DNA of 33,994 bases from an uncultured Streptococcus sp. Its GTDB lineage: Bacteria > Bacillota > Bacilli > Lactobacillales > Streptococcaceae. The position numbers were made by a program, and so were the translations under genes. The notes under the pieces were generated by a model. That model was not told the DNA's origin, made no database searches, and saw only the letters and a program-made list of their open reading frames with translations. The stretch is taken from the NCBI GenBank assembly GCA_963524345.1, contig CAURHZ010000001.1:1-33994 (forward strand), written 5' to 3'. Below are positions 23,517 through 33,100 of the stretch, in pieces; within the stretch, counting starts at the first letter, position 1; each line of letters begins with the position of its first letter.

Positions 23517-23743
23517 AAATCCTGTCTCCTTTATCAAACTATTTTAGTACGCTATCTTATTAGCAGATAGGTGTGTCTGGGCAAGTTGAACTTGCTTGTG
23601 ATTAGTCTATGGAATTTTCCTAAAACTTTTGTTAAAGATAACTTAACTGAAACTGAACTTAAGAAAATTTTCAGAAAAAGTTTAGATTTTTTCAGACTTC
23701 CCCTGTAAACTAAGCTCAAGCTAAATGAAGGTGAGGAAAAAGT

Positions 23744-24982
23744 ATGAAATCAAAAAAATGGACCCTAATCTTAACCAGTTTAACAGCTCTGACTTTGATG
23801 ACAGCTTGTGGGCAGTCAACGACCAAGTCAAGTACAACTGCAGCGGCAGATACCACTGCCATCTCAACTTCAGCTACAAACAGTCAATCTTCTTATTTTA
23901 CAGAAAAGGACTATGATACTTCTTATGATGAAAGTACAGCTTCTAAGATTGAGTTATCTGGCTCATCAGCAAACGTCTCTGGAGATGGGGTGACAGTCTC
24001 TGGATCAACAGTGACCATCACAAAATCTGGGACCTATGTGATTTCAGGTCAGTCTGACGGAGTGCAGATCAAGGTCGAGGCAGATAAGTCGGCAGATGTT
24101 CATCTAGTCCTAAAAGGTGCGACCATTACCAATACCAATGCAGCAATTTCAGCGACATCAGCCGGTCATGTCTACCTGACTCTGGCGGAGGGAACTACCA
24201 ACAGTCTCTCTGACTCAAGCTCTAATAGTGATGACAAGGCAAATGCAGCTCTCTTTTCTAAGGTGGATTTGACCATCAATGGCTCAGGTACCCTTACTGT
24301 CGATGGCAAGAAGAACAACGGAATCAAGGCCAACGACACCCTCCACATCACGGGTGGAACCTATAACATCATAGCAGTTGGCGATGCCTTTAATGTTAAT
24401 GATGAACTCAATATCACTGGTACGACCATGACCATCGATGCCAAGGAAGATGGTGTCAAAGTTGACAATGATGAGGATATGACTGTCGGCAATATGTATT
24501 TGGCTAACAATACCATAACAGTCACAGCAGGAGATGACGGTATTCACGCTTCTGGTAACCTAGTGATTGACAGCGGTACTTACACCGTCAAGAATTCGAC
24601 TGAAGGAATTGAAGGGAAAGCCATTACGATTAATGGTGGTGATATCAATGTCTACGCGACAGATGATGGGGTCAATGCAGCTAATAAAAATGCTCAGCAA
24701 AGCGATATTTACTTTACCATGACAGGTGGTAATCTAACTGTAGAAGTCGGTCAAGGGGACACAGATCCGATTGACTCAAATGGCAATATCACGGTCACAG
24801 GTGGAACCATTAAAATGATTGGTCAATCAGGCTTTGACTTTGATGGAACAGCGACCTATACAGGTGGAGATATCTATCTCAACGGCGAAAAACAAACTGA
24901 TATTGTGAACTCTATGCCTGGAGGCGGTGGACCTGGTGAGGGACCTCAAGGCGGCGGTCCAGCCCCTGGCGGACAAGGATAA
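23744..24982 (+). CDS. Lipoprotein with Cthe_2159/DUF4353-like beta-helix carbohydrate-binding domain
   Basis: Lipobox LMTAC; Ser/Thr linker; repeated DGI/ITINGG, IDSNG motifs; Gly/Pro tail. Confidence 0.85.
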   Translation: MKSKKWTLILTSLTALTLMTACGQSTTKSSTTAAADTTAISTSATNSQSSYFTEKDYDTSYDESTASKIELSGSSANVSGDGVTVSGSTVTITKSGTYVISGQSDGVQIKVEADKSADVHLVLKGATITNTNAAISATSAGHVYLTLAEGTTNSLSDSSSNSDDKANAALFSKVDLTINGSGTLTVDGKKNNGIKANDTLHITGGTYNIIAVGDAFNVNDELNITGTTMTIDAKEDGVKVDNDEDMTVGNMYLANNTITVTAGDDGIHASGNLVIDSGTYTVKNSTEGIEGKAITINGGDINVYATDDGVNAANKNAQQSDIYFTMTGGNLTVEVGQGDTDPIDSNGNITVTGGTIKMIGQSGFDFDGTATYTGGDIYLNGEKQTDIVNSMPGGGGPGEGPQGGGPAPGGQG

Positions 24983-24983
24983 A

Positions 24984-25027
24984 CAAAAAAGGATAGCATT
25001 GCTAAGAGCAATGTTATCCTTTTTGTA
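24984..25027 (+). terminator. Intrinsic terminator
   Basis: AAAAAAGGATAGCATTGCT-aag-AGCAATGTTATCCTTTTT. Confidence 0.8.
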
Positions 25028-25103
25028 TCGTAGATTCATATGTTGCGAGTGGTTTTATAATCGTAGCTTTCAAAGGCTAAATTGTTCAGTCATCCGTTGT
25101 TGT

Positions 25104-25760
25104 TTACTTAAATTTCTTGAATTTTAAGAAGGTATTGAGTAGTTTTCCCTTAAATGTTTTGTTTTGGTAGGCGATTGTGAGGGAATTGAAAAATTCAACT
25201 GCTAGGTGTTCTTGGTGACCGAGCTCCATCTAGCTTGGGGTTGCTTCTGGGGAAAAGACGCCTAATTTGATGCGGAGTCCACCTTTTTTCATCTTGAACT
25301 GATGCATACCATACATCTTGATATCAAGGCTTGTATCGGACATGAGAGTAGCAGTATCACCTGCCATAGAAATTTTTGTATCGGCATCCGGAACGCCTGT
25401 TTTTTCAGTATCTAGACTGATAAAGATTTTTTGATAAGTTGGTTGACCGTACTCTCCAATCAACTCCTCACTTCCTGTCCACCGTGAACTCCAGCAAATA
25501 CAAAATGTTCAGGGTGAATTTTAAAAGGAAGTGCTTGGTCACCCATTTTATTTAGTCCTTGGTTGAAGGCGAAGAAATCTCTCAAAGTAAATCCATCCAC
25601 GTAAGCAGCTTGTAGGTTACGTCCCTTAACCGAATTCTTAGAAATGCCATGCCGCATTTGGTCTGATTCTGCTAGACGGTCAGCGTAGAGTTCGAGGATT
25701 TTTTGACTTCCAAGGGCTAATTTGGTTTCAATTAGGTCTTGAAAATTTCTTAGTCTGTTT
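25104..25760 (-). pseudogene. Degraded gene of unknown function (multiple frameshifts)
   Basis: Consecutive frames join as ...KIHPEHFVFAGVHGGQEV / IGEYGQPT...GMHQFK...LGVF / GHQEHLAVEFFNSL...KFK*. Confidence 0.6.
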
Positions 25761-26001
25761 CATATAAAAATGAGTAAAATGAATTCCCATTACCAAGGTC
25801 ATTAGAGTTGCGATAGCAATGACGATGGTTGGATTAGCCGAGAAAAGTAGAGGGGGAATAGGCCTTTAAAAAGTGGACAGAAAAGACCATTTCGGAGTAT
25901 AGAGAGGAAGTTCAAAAACATTTTTAGAAATAAGACATGTGCATTATAAACATCAGATACGAATCTGGTGCTTTATTTTTTAAAGAATTTCAACTTTTTT
26001 C

Positions 26002-26063
26002 TTGACAAGTGAGTAAACACTCACTATAATAGGTCTATATTCAGTAAGTGAGTAAACACTCAC
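26002..26063 (+). promoter_or_regulatory. Consensus promoter with two identical palindromic operators (likely TetR)
   Basis: TTGACA (26002-07), 17 nt, TATAAT (26025-30); AAGTGAGTAAACACTCAC at 26007-24 and 26046-63. Confidence 0.88.
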
Positions 26064-26077
26064 CTAGGAGGAAGCAT

Positions 26078-26794
26078 ATGAAAAAATTGCTACATTTACA
26101 AGATTTGGATAAGTCTTTTTGTCGTCAAATGGTTTTGAATCATGTCAGCTTTGAATTGCAGCCGGGAGAAATTATAGGCTTAATAGGTCCGTCTGGTGCT
26201 GGTAAATCGACTATGATTAAGACTATGTTAGGGATGGAAAAAGCTGACGGAGGGGTTGCTTTGGTATTGGATCATACTATGCCCAATCGTCATATTTTAG
26301 GAGATATTGGTTATATGGCCCAGTCAGATGCCTTATATGAGGCTTTGTCAGGTCAAGAAAATCTGGAATTTTTTGGTCAGCTAAAAGGGCTATCCAAAAG
26401 AGATCTGACAGCTGAAATTGCCCATGTGGCTCAAGTTGTGGATCTGACAGAGCATTTGAATAAAACGGTATCCGGTTATTCTGGAGGAATGAAGCGACGC
26501 TTGTCTTTAGCCATCGCGCTTCTGGGGAATCCTCAGCTCTTGATTTTGGACGAACCGACAGTTGGAATCGACCCTTCTCTTCGGAAGAAAATCTGGAAAG
26601 AATTATTCGCGCTTAGAGACAATGGGGTTGGGATATTAGTTACTACCCATGTTATGGATGAAGCAGAGTTAACGGATAAGGTCGGCTTATTATTAGGTGG
26701 AAAAATCATTGCTTTTGATACACCGCAACACTTAAAAGAAAGTTATCAAGTTTCAAGTATTGAAGAAGTATTTTTGAAAGCAGAAGGAGAGTAA
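26078..26794 (+). CDS. ABC-2 type exporter ATP-binding protein
   Basis: GPSGAGKST Walker A, YSGGMKRR signature, LLILDEPT Walker B; AGGAGG RBS. Confidence 0.93.
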   Translation: MKKLLHLQDLDKSFCRQMVLNHVSFELQPGEIIGLIGPSGAGKSTMIKTMLGMEKADGGVALVLDHTMPNRHILGDIGYMAQSDALYEALSGQENLEFFGQLKGLSKRDLTAEIAHVAQVVDLTEHLNKTVSGYSGGMKRRLSLAIALLGNPQLLILDEPTVGIDPSLRKKIWKELFALRDNGVGILVTTHVMDEAELTDKVGLLLGGKIIAFDTPQHLKESYQVSSIEEVFLKAEGE

Positions 26795-26795
26795 G

Positions 26796-27878
26796 ATGAG
26801 AACCATTGCTATTGCTAAAAAAGTTATCAAAGAATTGCTTCGTGACAAACGAACCTTGGCTATGATGTTTGTAGCGCCGGTATTTATTATGTGGCTGATG
26901 AACCTCATGTTTTCAGCTAGTACAACCGTGAATGTCAAGTTAGCGACACAAGATCTACCAACTGGTTTGATAACGAAAATGGATGAGCTTGATCATGTGG
27001 ACATCGAGACTTATCAAGACTTAGATCAGGCCAAAGAAGCGCTAGCAAATGAAAAAGTCGATGCTGTGATTTCTTATAAAGATGGTGAGTATCAGGTCGA
27101 CTACGCAAATACAGATGCCTCCAAGACATCTATGATACGACAAGTGTTACGAACAAGTATCGCCAGTGAAGGCACCGATCAGTTACTATCTCGTATCAAA
27201 CAAGCTCTTCCACAATTGAAATTAGATGCAAAGGCGCCTGAAATCAAAGAATCTTACCAATATGGAGATAAAAATACTGGATTCTTTGCACGTATGATTC
27301 CAATTTTAATTGGCTTTGTGGTCTTCTTCTTTGTCTTTTTGATTTCTGGTATGGCACTTTTGAAAGAGCGCACAAGTGGAACCTTGGATCGCTTGTTAGC
27401 AACCCCAGTGAAACGTTCTGAAATTGTCTATGGCTATATGTTGTCTTACGGTATTATTGCGATTTTTCAAACGGCAGTTGTCGTCTTAGCAGCAATTTGG
27501 CTACTAGATGTAGAAGTTGTAGGAAATATTTTAAATGTTATAATAGTTAATGTGGTACTGGCTCTTGTAGCACTAGCTTTTGGAATTCTCTTGTCTACTC
27601 TAGCAAAATCAGAATTCCAAATGATGCAATTTATTCCTCTCGTGATTATGCCTCAACTCTTTTTCTCAGGGATTATTCCATTGTCATCCATGGGAGCATG
27701 GGCTCCAACTGTGGGGAAATTTTTGCCATTAACCTATTCTGGTGATGCAATAAGCCAGATTATTCTTTACGGACACAATCTTGGTGATATTTTGCCAAAT
27801 CTTGGTGTTTTAATGATTTTCTTGATCATTTTAACAATTCTCAATATTGTTGGATTGCGTCGTTATCGTAAAGTTTAG
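26796..27878 (+). CDS. ABC-2 type exporter permease
   Basis: KELLRDKRTL, KERTSGTLDRLLATPV motifs; multiple TM helices. Confidence 0.92.
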   Translation: MRTIAIAKKVIKELLRDKRTLAMMFVAPVFIMWLMNLMFSASTTVNVKLATQDLPTGLITKMDELDHVDIETYQDLDQAKEALANEKVDAVISYKDGEYQVDYANTDASKTSMIRQVLRTSIASEGTDQLLSRIKQALPQLKLDAKAPEIKESYQYGDKNTGFFARMIPILIGFVVFFFVFLISGMALLKERTSGTLDRLLATPVKRSEIVYGYMLSYGIIAIFQTAVVVLAAIWLLDVEVVGNILNVIIVNVVLALVALAFGILLSTLAKSEFQMMQFIPLVIMPQLFFSGIIPLSSMGAWAPTVGKFLPLTYSGDAISQIILYGHNLGDILPNLGVLMIFLIILTILNIVGLRRYRKV

Positions 27879-27917
27879 AAATCAACATAAATAATGCTAA
27901 AAAGGTGTGAAGATTAG

Positions 27918-28541
27918 ATGGATAAGACTGTTTTTGAATCGTTTGAAGATTACTTAGAAGAAGCGAATTACCCTCAAGGAAAGAAAAAAATCATGCAGGC
28001 AGCAGTGGATCTCATATCAACTAGGAGTTACCATGGGACTTCAACTCTTCACATAGCTGAGCGTGCTGGACTAAGCCAGGCAACTTTGTTTAAGTATTTT
28101 AAGACGAAGGATGATCTACTGACGGCTATTTTACATCCTGTAGTCCCAGGCATTTTCGGTAGTTTTGTTGAGGAACTCTTAGCTTTTGAAACGACAGAAG
28201 AGAGGGTTCGTTATCTCGTCCACGATCGTATGAGCTATCTCAAAAAAAATCGTGCTTTGATGAAAATCATTCTGCAGGAGAGTTTTTCAAATAAGAAACT
28301 AAAAAATGAACAGATTTTTATCTGGAATGCTATTCAAGATAAACTTCGAGTGCTTCATAAAGAATTGCTAGCAGATCCACGTGTAAATCCAGAGTTAACG
28401 ATTCCTCAAATGGTTCGTATTTGTGTTGGTCCATTGTTGGCTTACTTCGCTCAACTTTATATCGTTAGCGACAACGGAGAAATAAAGGAAGAGGACCTAG
28501 ACTTATTAGAAAAACAGATTTTAGGTGGTTTGTGGAAATAA
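27918..28541 (+). CDS. TetR/AcrR-family regulator
   Basis: TSTLHIAERAGLSQATLFKYFKTKDDLL HTH. Confidence 0.92.
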   Translation: MDKTVFESFEDYLEEANYPQGKKKIMQAAVDLISTRSYHGTSTLHIAERAGLSQATLFKYFKTKDDLLTAILHPVVPGIFGSFVEELLAFETTEERVRYLVHDRMSYLKKNRALMKIILQESFSNKKLKNEQIFIWNAIQDKLRVLHKELLADPRVNPELTIPQMVRICVGPLLAYFAQLYIVSDNGEIKEEDLDLLEKQILGGLWK

Positions 28542-28590
28542 GGGAGTTCTAGAAGAGCTAAGATTTATTTACTTGACTTTCAAACAAGCT

Positions 28591-28632
28591 AAAAAAGACA
28601 TGTTCTGCTTATTTCAGATTCATGTCTTTTTT
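28591..28632 (+). terminator. Probable terminator after the TetR gene
   Basis: AAAAAAGACATG...CATGTCTTTTTT inverted repeat. Confidence 0.65.
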
Positions 28633-28813
28633 GTTGTTGGATTTTGTATTCTTCATAAGTCCTCAATCGCTTTGCCAAAACAGAAACCGACTTCTCCAGC
28701 GGTGCAACGATTTCTCAAGTGTATGGAAGAGGAGATTTCTGGCTTGCTAAAGAGAATTCCTTGACACTCGGTCAGCTTTTGATACAATAGTACAAAATTA
28801 GAGGAGGTGAGTT

Positions 28814-29578
28814 ATGATTCAAAAACATGCGATTCCTATTTTAGAGTTTGATGACAATCCTCAGGCGGTCATCATGCCTGATCACGAGGGGCTGGACTTG
28901 CACTTGCCCAAGAAGTGTGTCTATGCTTTTTTAGGTGAGGAGATTGACCGTTATGCGAGGGAAGTAGGGGCGGACTGTGTCGGCGAATTCGTTTCAGCCA
29001 CCAAGACCTATCCAGTCTATGTCGTTAACTACAAGGGCGAGGGAATTTGTCTGGCTCAGGCACCTGTCGGCTCCGCTCCAGCAACCCAGTTTATGGATTG
29101 GTTGATTGGCTATGGTGTGGAGCAGATTATTTCCGCTGGAACCTGTGGTGTGCTGGCTGATATAGAAGAAAATGCTTTTCTAGTCCCTGTTCGCGCTCTG
29201 CGAGATGAAGGAGCTAGTTATCACTATGTGGCCCCTTCTCGTTATATGGAAATTCAGCCAGAGGCTATTGCTGCTATTGAGCAAGTTTTGGAGGCCAGAG
29301 GGATTCCCTATGAAGAAGTCATGACCTGGACCACAGATGGTTTTTACCGAGAAACAGCTGAAAAGGTGGCTTATCGCAAGGAGGAAGGCTGTGCTGTTGT
29401 GGAGATGGAGTGTTCTGCGCTTGCGGCAGTAGCCCAACTGCGTGGGGTTGTCTGGGGTGAATTGTTGTTCACAGCTGATTCCTTAGCAGACTTGGACCAG
29501 TACGATAGTCGTGACTGGGGTTCAGAAGCTTTCGAGAAGGCCTTGGAACTCTGCCTTGAGATAACTTCTCAGATATAG
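28814..29578 (+). CDS. Nucleoside phosphorylase (PNP/UDP family)
   Basis: GTCGVL, RDEGASYHY, WTTDGFYRET, VEMECSA; promoter TTGACA...TGATACAAT at 28761-88. Confidence 0.9.
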   Translation: MIQKHAIPILEFDDNPQAVIMPDHEGLDLHLPKKCVYAFLGEEIDRYAREVGADCVGEFVSATKTYPVYVVNYKGEGICLAQAPVGSAPATQFMDWLIGYGVEQIISAGTCGVLADIEENAFLVPVRALRDEGASYHYVAPSRYMEIQPEAIAAIEQVLEARGIPYEEVMTWTTDGFYRETAEKVAYRKEEGCAVVEMECSALAAVAQLRGVVWGELLFTADSLADLDQYDSRDWGSEAFEKALELCLEITSQI

Positions 29579-29611
29579 CTACTCTCCTTCTTTTTATGGT
29601 ACAATGGATGT

Positions 29612-30991
29612 ATGTTATTCAAAATATTTGTGAAAAAAATTGAAAGAGCCTTGGGCGGACTTTCGCCTGCTCGTCGCATTTTTTTAAGTTTCGCTGGAGT
29701 TATTTTTATAGGTTCTCTTCTTTTGAATTTGCCATTTGTCCAGGCGAGTGGTTCGCAGGCTACTTATTTTGACCATCTCTTTACGACGGTGTCTATGGTC
29801 TGTGTAACTGGCCTTTTTACGCAACCAGTGGCTACTACCTATAATGTATGGGGTCAGTTGATTTGTATGCTCTTGATACAGATTGGTGGACTGGGGCTCA
29901 TGACCTTTATCGGGATTTTTTATATCCAAGGCAAGCAAAAGCTTAGTCTGCGTAGTCGTGAAACCATTCAGGAGAGTTTTAGTTATGGGGAAAGTAAGTC
30001 TTTGAAGTCTTTTATGCGTTCCATCTTTTTGACGACTTTTCTAGTGGAGGGTTTGGGTGCCTTTCTACTAAGTTTCCGTTTTATTCCTGAGTTCGGCTGG
30101 GGACGAGGCATTTTCACCTCTATCTTTTTAGCCATTTCAGCCTTTTGTAATGCTGGTTTTGATAATTTCGGCAGTAGCAGTTTAGTGGCTTTTCAGACGG
30201 ATCCCTTAATCAATCTGGTTATTGCTGGCTTGATTATCACAGGTGGTCTTGGCTTTATGGTCTGGTTTGACTTGGCAACCCAGTTTGACAAGAAGAAAAA
30301 ACGCCGTCTGCGTTTCCACACCAAACTAGTCCTCTTCTTGACTGCAGGGATTTTGCTGTTTGGGACAGTATCCACACTCTTTACGGAGTGGCACAATCCA
30401 GGAACCATTGGCAATCTCAGTGTGCCAGAGAAAGTGCTGGTCAGCTTTTTCCAAACCGTCAGCATGAGAACGGCCGGTTTTGCTTCTATTGACTATACTC
30501 AAGCTCGACCTGTGACCTTGTTTATCTATATCCTACAGATGTTTCTGGGTGGAGCGCCTGGAGGGACGGCTGGGGGGCTCAAGATTACGACTTTCTTTGT
30601 CTTGTTGGTCTTTGCGCGTAGTGAATTGCTGGGCTTGCCTCATGCCAATGTTGCGCAGAGAACCATTGAGGCTCGAACAGTCCAAAAATCCTTTAGTGTC
30701 TTCATTATCTTTTTGATGACCTTCTTGTTGGGCTTGATGTTGTTGGGAATTACGGCAGAAGGAACACCGCGATTTATCTACCTCATGTTTGAGACCATTT
30801 CAGCCCTTGCGACAGTTGGGGTGACGGCAAATCTGACACCAGAATTGGGCAAGCTAGCTCTTAGCATTGTCATGGTGCTCATGTTTATTGGCCGTATCGG
30901 TCCCTTGACCTTGCTGGTTAGTCTAGCTGACTACCAGCCTGATAAGAAAGATTTGATTCAGTATATGAAAGCAGATATTAGCATTGGATAA
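29612..30991 (+). CDS. trkH: Trk/Ktr potassium uptake membrane subunit
   Basis: VCVTGL, SAFCNAGF, RTAGF, GGAPGGTAGGLKITT, MFIGRIGPLT pore-loop motifs. Confidence 0.93.
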   Translation: MLFKIFVKKIERALGGLSPARRIFLSFAGVIFIGSLLLNLPFVQASGSQATYFDHLFTTVSMVCVTGLFTQPVATTYNVWGQLICMLLIQIGGLGLMTFIGIFYIQGKQKLSLRSRETIQESFSYGESKSLKSFMRSIFLTTFLVEGLGAFLLSFRFIPEFGWGRGIFTSIFLAISAFCNAGFDNFGSSSLVAFQTDPLINLVIAGLIITGGLGFMVWFDLATQFDKKKKRRLRFHTKLVLFLTAGILLFGTVSTLFTEWHNPGTIGNLSVPEKVLVSFFQTVSMRTAGFASIDYTQARPVTLFIYILQMFLGGAPGGTAGGLKITTFFVLLVFARSELLGLPHANVAQRTIEARTVQKSFSVFIIFLMTFLLGLMLLGITAEGTPRFIYLMFETISALATVGVTANLTPELGKLALSIVMVLMFIGRIGPLTLLVSLADYQPDKKDLIQYMKADISIG

Positions 30992-31004
30992 GAAAGGAAG
31001 AACG

Positions 31005-31670
31005 ATGTCAGATCGTACGATTGGAATTTTAGGCTTGGGGATTTTTGGGAGTAGTGTCCTGACGGCCCTCGCCAAGCAAGATATGAATATTATTGCCATT
31101 GACGACCACGCCGAGCGCATCAATCAATTTGAACCTGTTTTGGCGCGTGGAGTTGTGGGCGATATTACAGATGAGGAACTCCTCAGAACTGCAGGTATTG
31201 ATACCTGTGATACGGTTGTGGTCGCAACAGGGGAAAATCTGGAGTCGAGTGTGCTTGCAGTAATGCACTGTAAGAGTTTGGGTGTGCCGAGGGTTATTGC
31301 CAAGGTCAAAAGTCAGACAGCCAAGAAGGTACTGGAAAAAATCGGTGCCGACTCGGTGATCTCGCCTGAGTATGAAATGGGGCAATCCCTAGCGCAGACC
31401 ATTCTCTTTCATAACAATGTTGATGTCTTTCAGCTGGACAAAAATGTGTCTATCGTGGAGATGAAAATTCCTAGTGTTTGGGCAGGTCAAAGCCTGAGCC
31501 AGCTGGATCTACGTGGCAAATACAACCTCAATGTCCTAGGATTTCGTGAGCAAGAAAATTCACCACTGGACGTCCAGTTTGGGCCTAATGATCTCTTGAA
31601 AGCAGATGCCTATATCTTGGCGGTCATTAACAACCAGTATCTAGATGACTTGGCAGAGTTAAATTCCTAA
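31005..31670 (+). CDS. trkA: Trk/Ktr potassium uptake NAD-binding (RCK) subunit
   Basis: IGILGLGIFG Rossmann motif, IGADSVISPE; downstream of trkH. Confidence 0.93.
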   Translation: MSDRTIGILGLGIFGSSVLTALAKQDMNIIAIDDHAERINQFEPVLARGVVGDITDEELLRTAGIDTCDTVVVATGENLESSVLAVMHCKSLGVPRVIAKVKSQTAKKVLEKIGADSVISPEYEMGQSLAQTILFHNNVDVFQLDKNVSIVEMKIPSVWAGQSLSQLDLRGKYNLNVLGFREQENSPLDVQFGPNDLLKADAYILAVINNQYLDDLAELNS

Positions 31671-31794
31671 GGAGGGGAATCCCTTCTTTTTTGATGTCCA
31701 AGATAGCAAATAGAGTCAGAAACCCTTGTATTCTAGTAAAAGTCCTTCAGAAGCTGGACTTTATGGTAAAATAAAAAGAAGTGACAAGAGAGAG

Positions 31795-31910
31795 TAATAC
31801 TCAATGAAAATCAAAGAGCAAACTAGGAAACTAGCCGCAAGCTGCTCAAAACACTGTTTTGGGGTTGCAGATAGGGCTGACGTGGTTTGAAGAGATTTTC
31901 GAAGAGTATA
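31795..31910 (-). repeat. BOX element (opposite orientation, partial boxB)
   Basis: TAATACTCAATGAAAATCAAAGAGCAAACTAGGAAACTAGCCGC...TTTTCGAAGAGTATA. Confidence 0.92.
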
Positions 31911-31941
31911 AGAAAAAATCAGTCCCCTAAAGGAGTAGATT

Positions 31942-32958
31942 ATGAAGTTATTGTCTATCGCCATTCCTAGCTACAATGCCGCAGCCTATCTTCATTACTG
32001 CGTGGAGTCGCTAGTGATTGGTGGTGAGCAAGTTGAGATTTTGATTATCAATGATGGGTCTCAGGACCAGACTCAGGAAATAGCTGAGCGTTTAGCTAGC
32101 AAGTATCCTAACATTGTTAGAGCTATTTATCAGGAAAATAAGGGCCATGGTGGAGCTGTCAATCGTGGCTTGGCAGAGGCTTCTGGGCGCTATTTTAAAG
32201 TAGTTGATAGTGATGACTGGGTGGATCCTCGCGCTTACCTGAAAATTTTGGAAACCTTGCAAGAACTAGAGAGTGAGGGTCAAGAGGTAGATGCCTTTGT
32301 GACCAATTTTGTCTATGAAAAGGAAGGTCAGTCTCGTAAGAAGAGTATGAGTTACGAGTCAGTCTTGCCTGTCCAGCAGATTTTTGGCTGGGATCAGGTC
32401 GGAAATTTCTCCAAAGGCCAGTATATCATGATGCACTCGCTGATTTATCGGACAGATTTGTTGCGAGCGAGCCAGTTCCAACTGCCTGAGCATACCTTTT
32501 ATGTCGATAATCTCTTTGTCTTTACCCCCCTTCAGCAGGTCAAGACCATGTACTATCTGCCTGTCGATTTCTATCGTTATTTGATTGGGCGTGAGGACCA
32601 GTCAGTCAATGAGCAAGTGATGATTAAGCGCATTGACCAGCAACTCAAGGTCAATCGACTCTTGGTAGACCAGCTTGATTTATCTAAAGTAAGCCACCCC
32701 AAAATGCGAGAGTATCTGCTGAATCATATTGAAATCACGACGGTGATTTCCAGTGCCTTGCTCAACCGAGCAGGCACAGCAGAGCATCTGGCAAAAAAAC
32801 GGGAGCTGTGGACCTATATTCAGCAGGAAAATCCAGAGGTCTTTCAGGCCATTCGCAAGACCATGCTCAGCCGTTTGACCAAACATTCGGTCTTGCCAGC
32901 TCGCAAACTGTCCAATGTCGTCTATCAAATTACCAAGTCTGTTTATGGATTTAATTAA
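31942..32958 (+). CDS. Glycosyltransferase family 2
   Basis: SIAIPSYN, INDGSQD, NKGHGGAVNRG, VVDSDDWV; AAGGAG RBS. Confidence 0.92.
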   Translation: MKLLSIAIPSYNAAAYLHYCVESLVIGGEQVEILIINDGSQDQTQEIAERLASKYPNIVRAIYQENKGHGGAVNRGLAEASGRYFKVVDSDDWVDPRAYLKILETLQELESEGQEVDAFVTNFVYEKEGQSRKKSMSYESVLPVQQIFGWDQVGNFSKGQYIMMHSLIYRTDLLRASQFQLPEHTFYVDNLFVFTPLQQVKTMYYLPVDFYRYLIGREDQSVNEQVMIKRIDQQLKVNRLLVDQLDLSKVSHPKMREYLLNHIEITTVISSALLNRAGTAEHLAKKRELWTYIQQENPEVFQAIRKTMLSRLTKHSVLPARKLSNVVYQITKSVYGFN

Positions 32959-33061
32959 TATAAGTATTTTATAAGAGGGATTTAAGAAAAATTTTAACTT
33001 TTTCTTAATCCTTTTTAATTTTAGGAGATTATACTAGAGTCATCAAATAAAGAAAAACTCT

Positions 33062-33100
33062 AAGGAGAATCCTATGAAATTCAATCCAAATCCTTCATAA
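33062..33100 (+). pseudogene. pavB: 5' stub of a pavB-like adhesin gene (RBS plus MKFNPN, then foreign sequence and stop)
   Basis: AAGGAG then ATG at 33074; MKFNPN matches the PavB N-terminus as I recall it; expected syntenic position after trkA. Confidence 0.6.

Noticed and set aside
24915..24982. Gly/Pro-rich tail as a collagen-like repeat
   Set aside because: Short low-complexity tail without a sustained Gly-X-Y register.
28525..28764. 79-aa ORF as a real gene
   Set aside because: Runs through a terminator hairpin; only the 3' end looks like a gene remnant.
31761..31964. 67-aa minus-strand ORF
   Set aside because: Largely translation of the BOX element.
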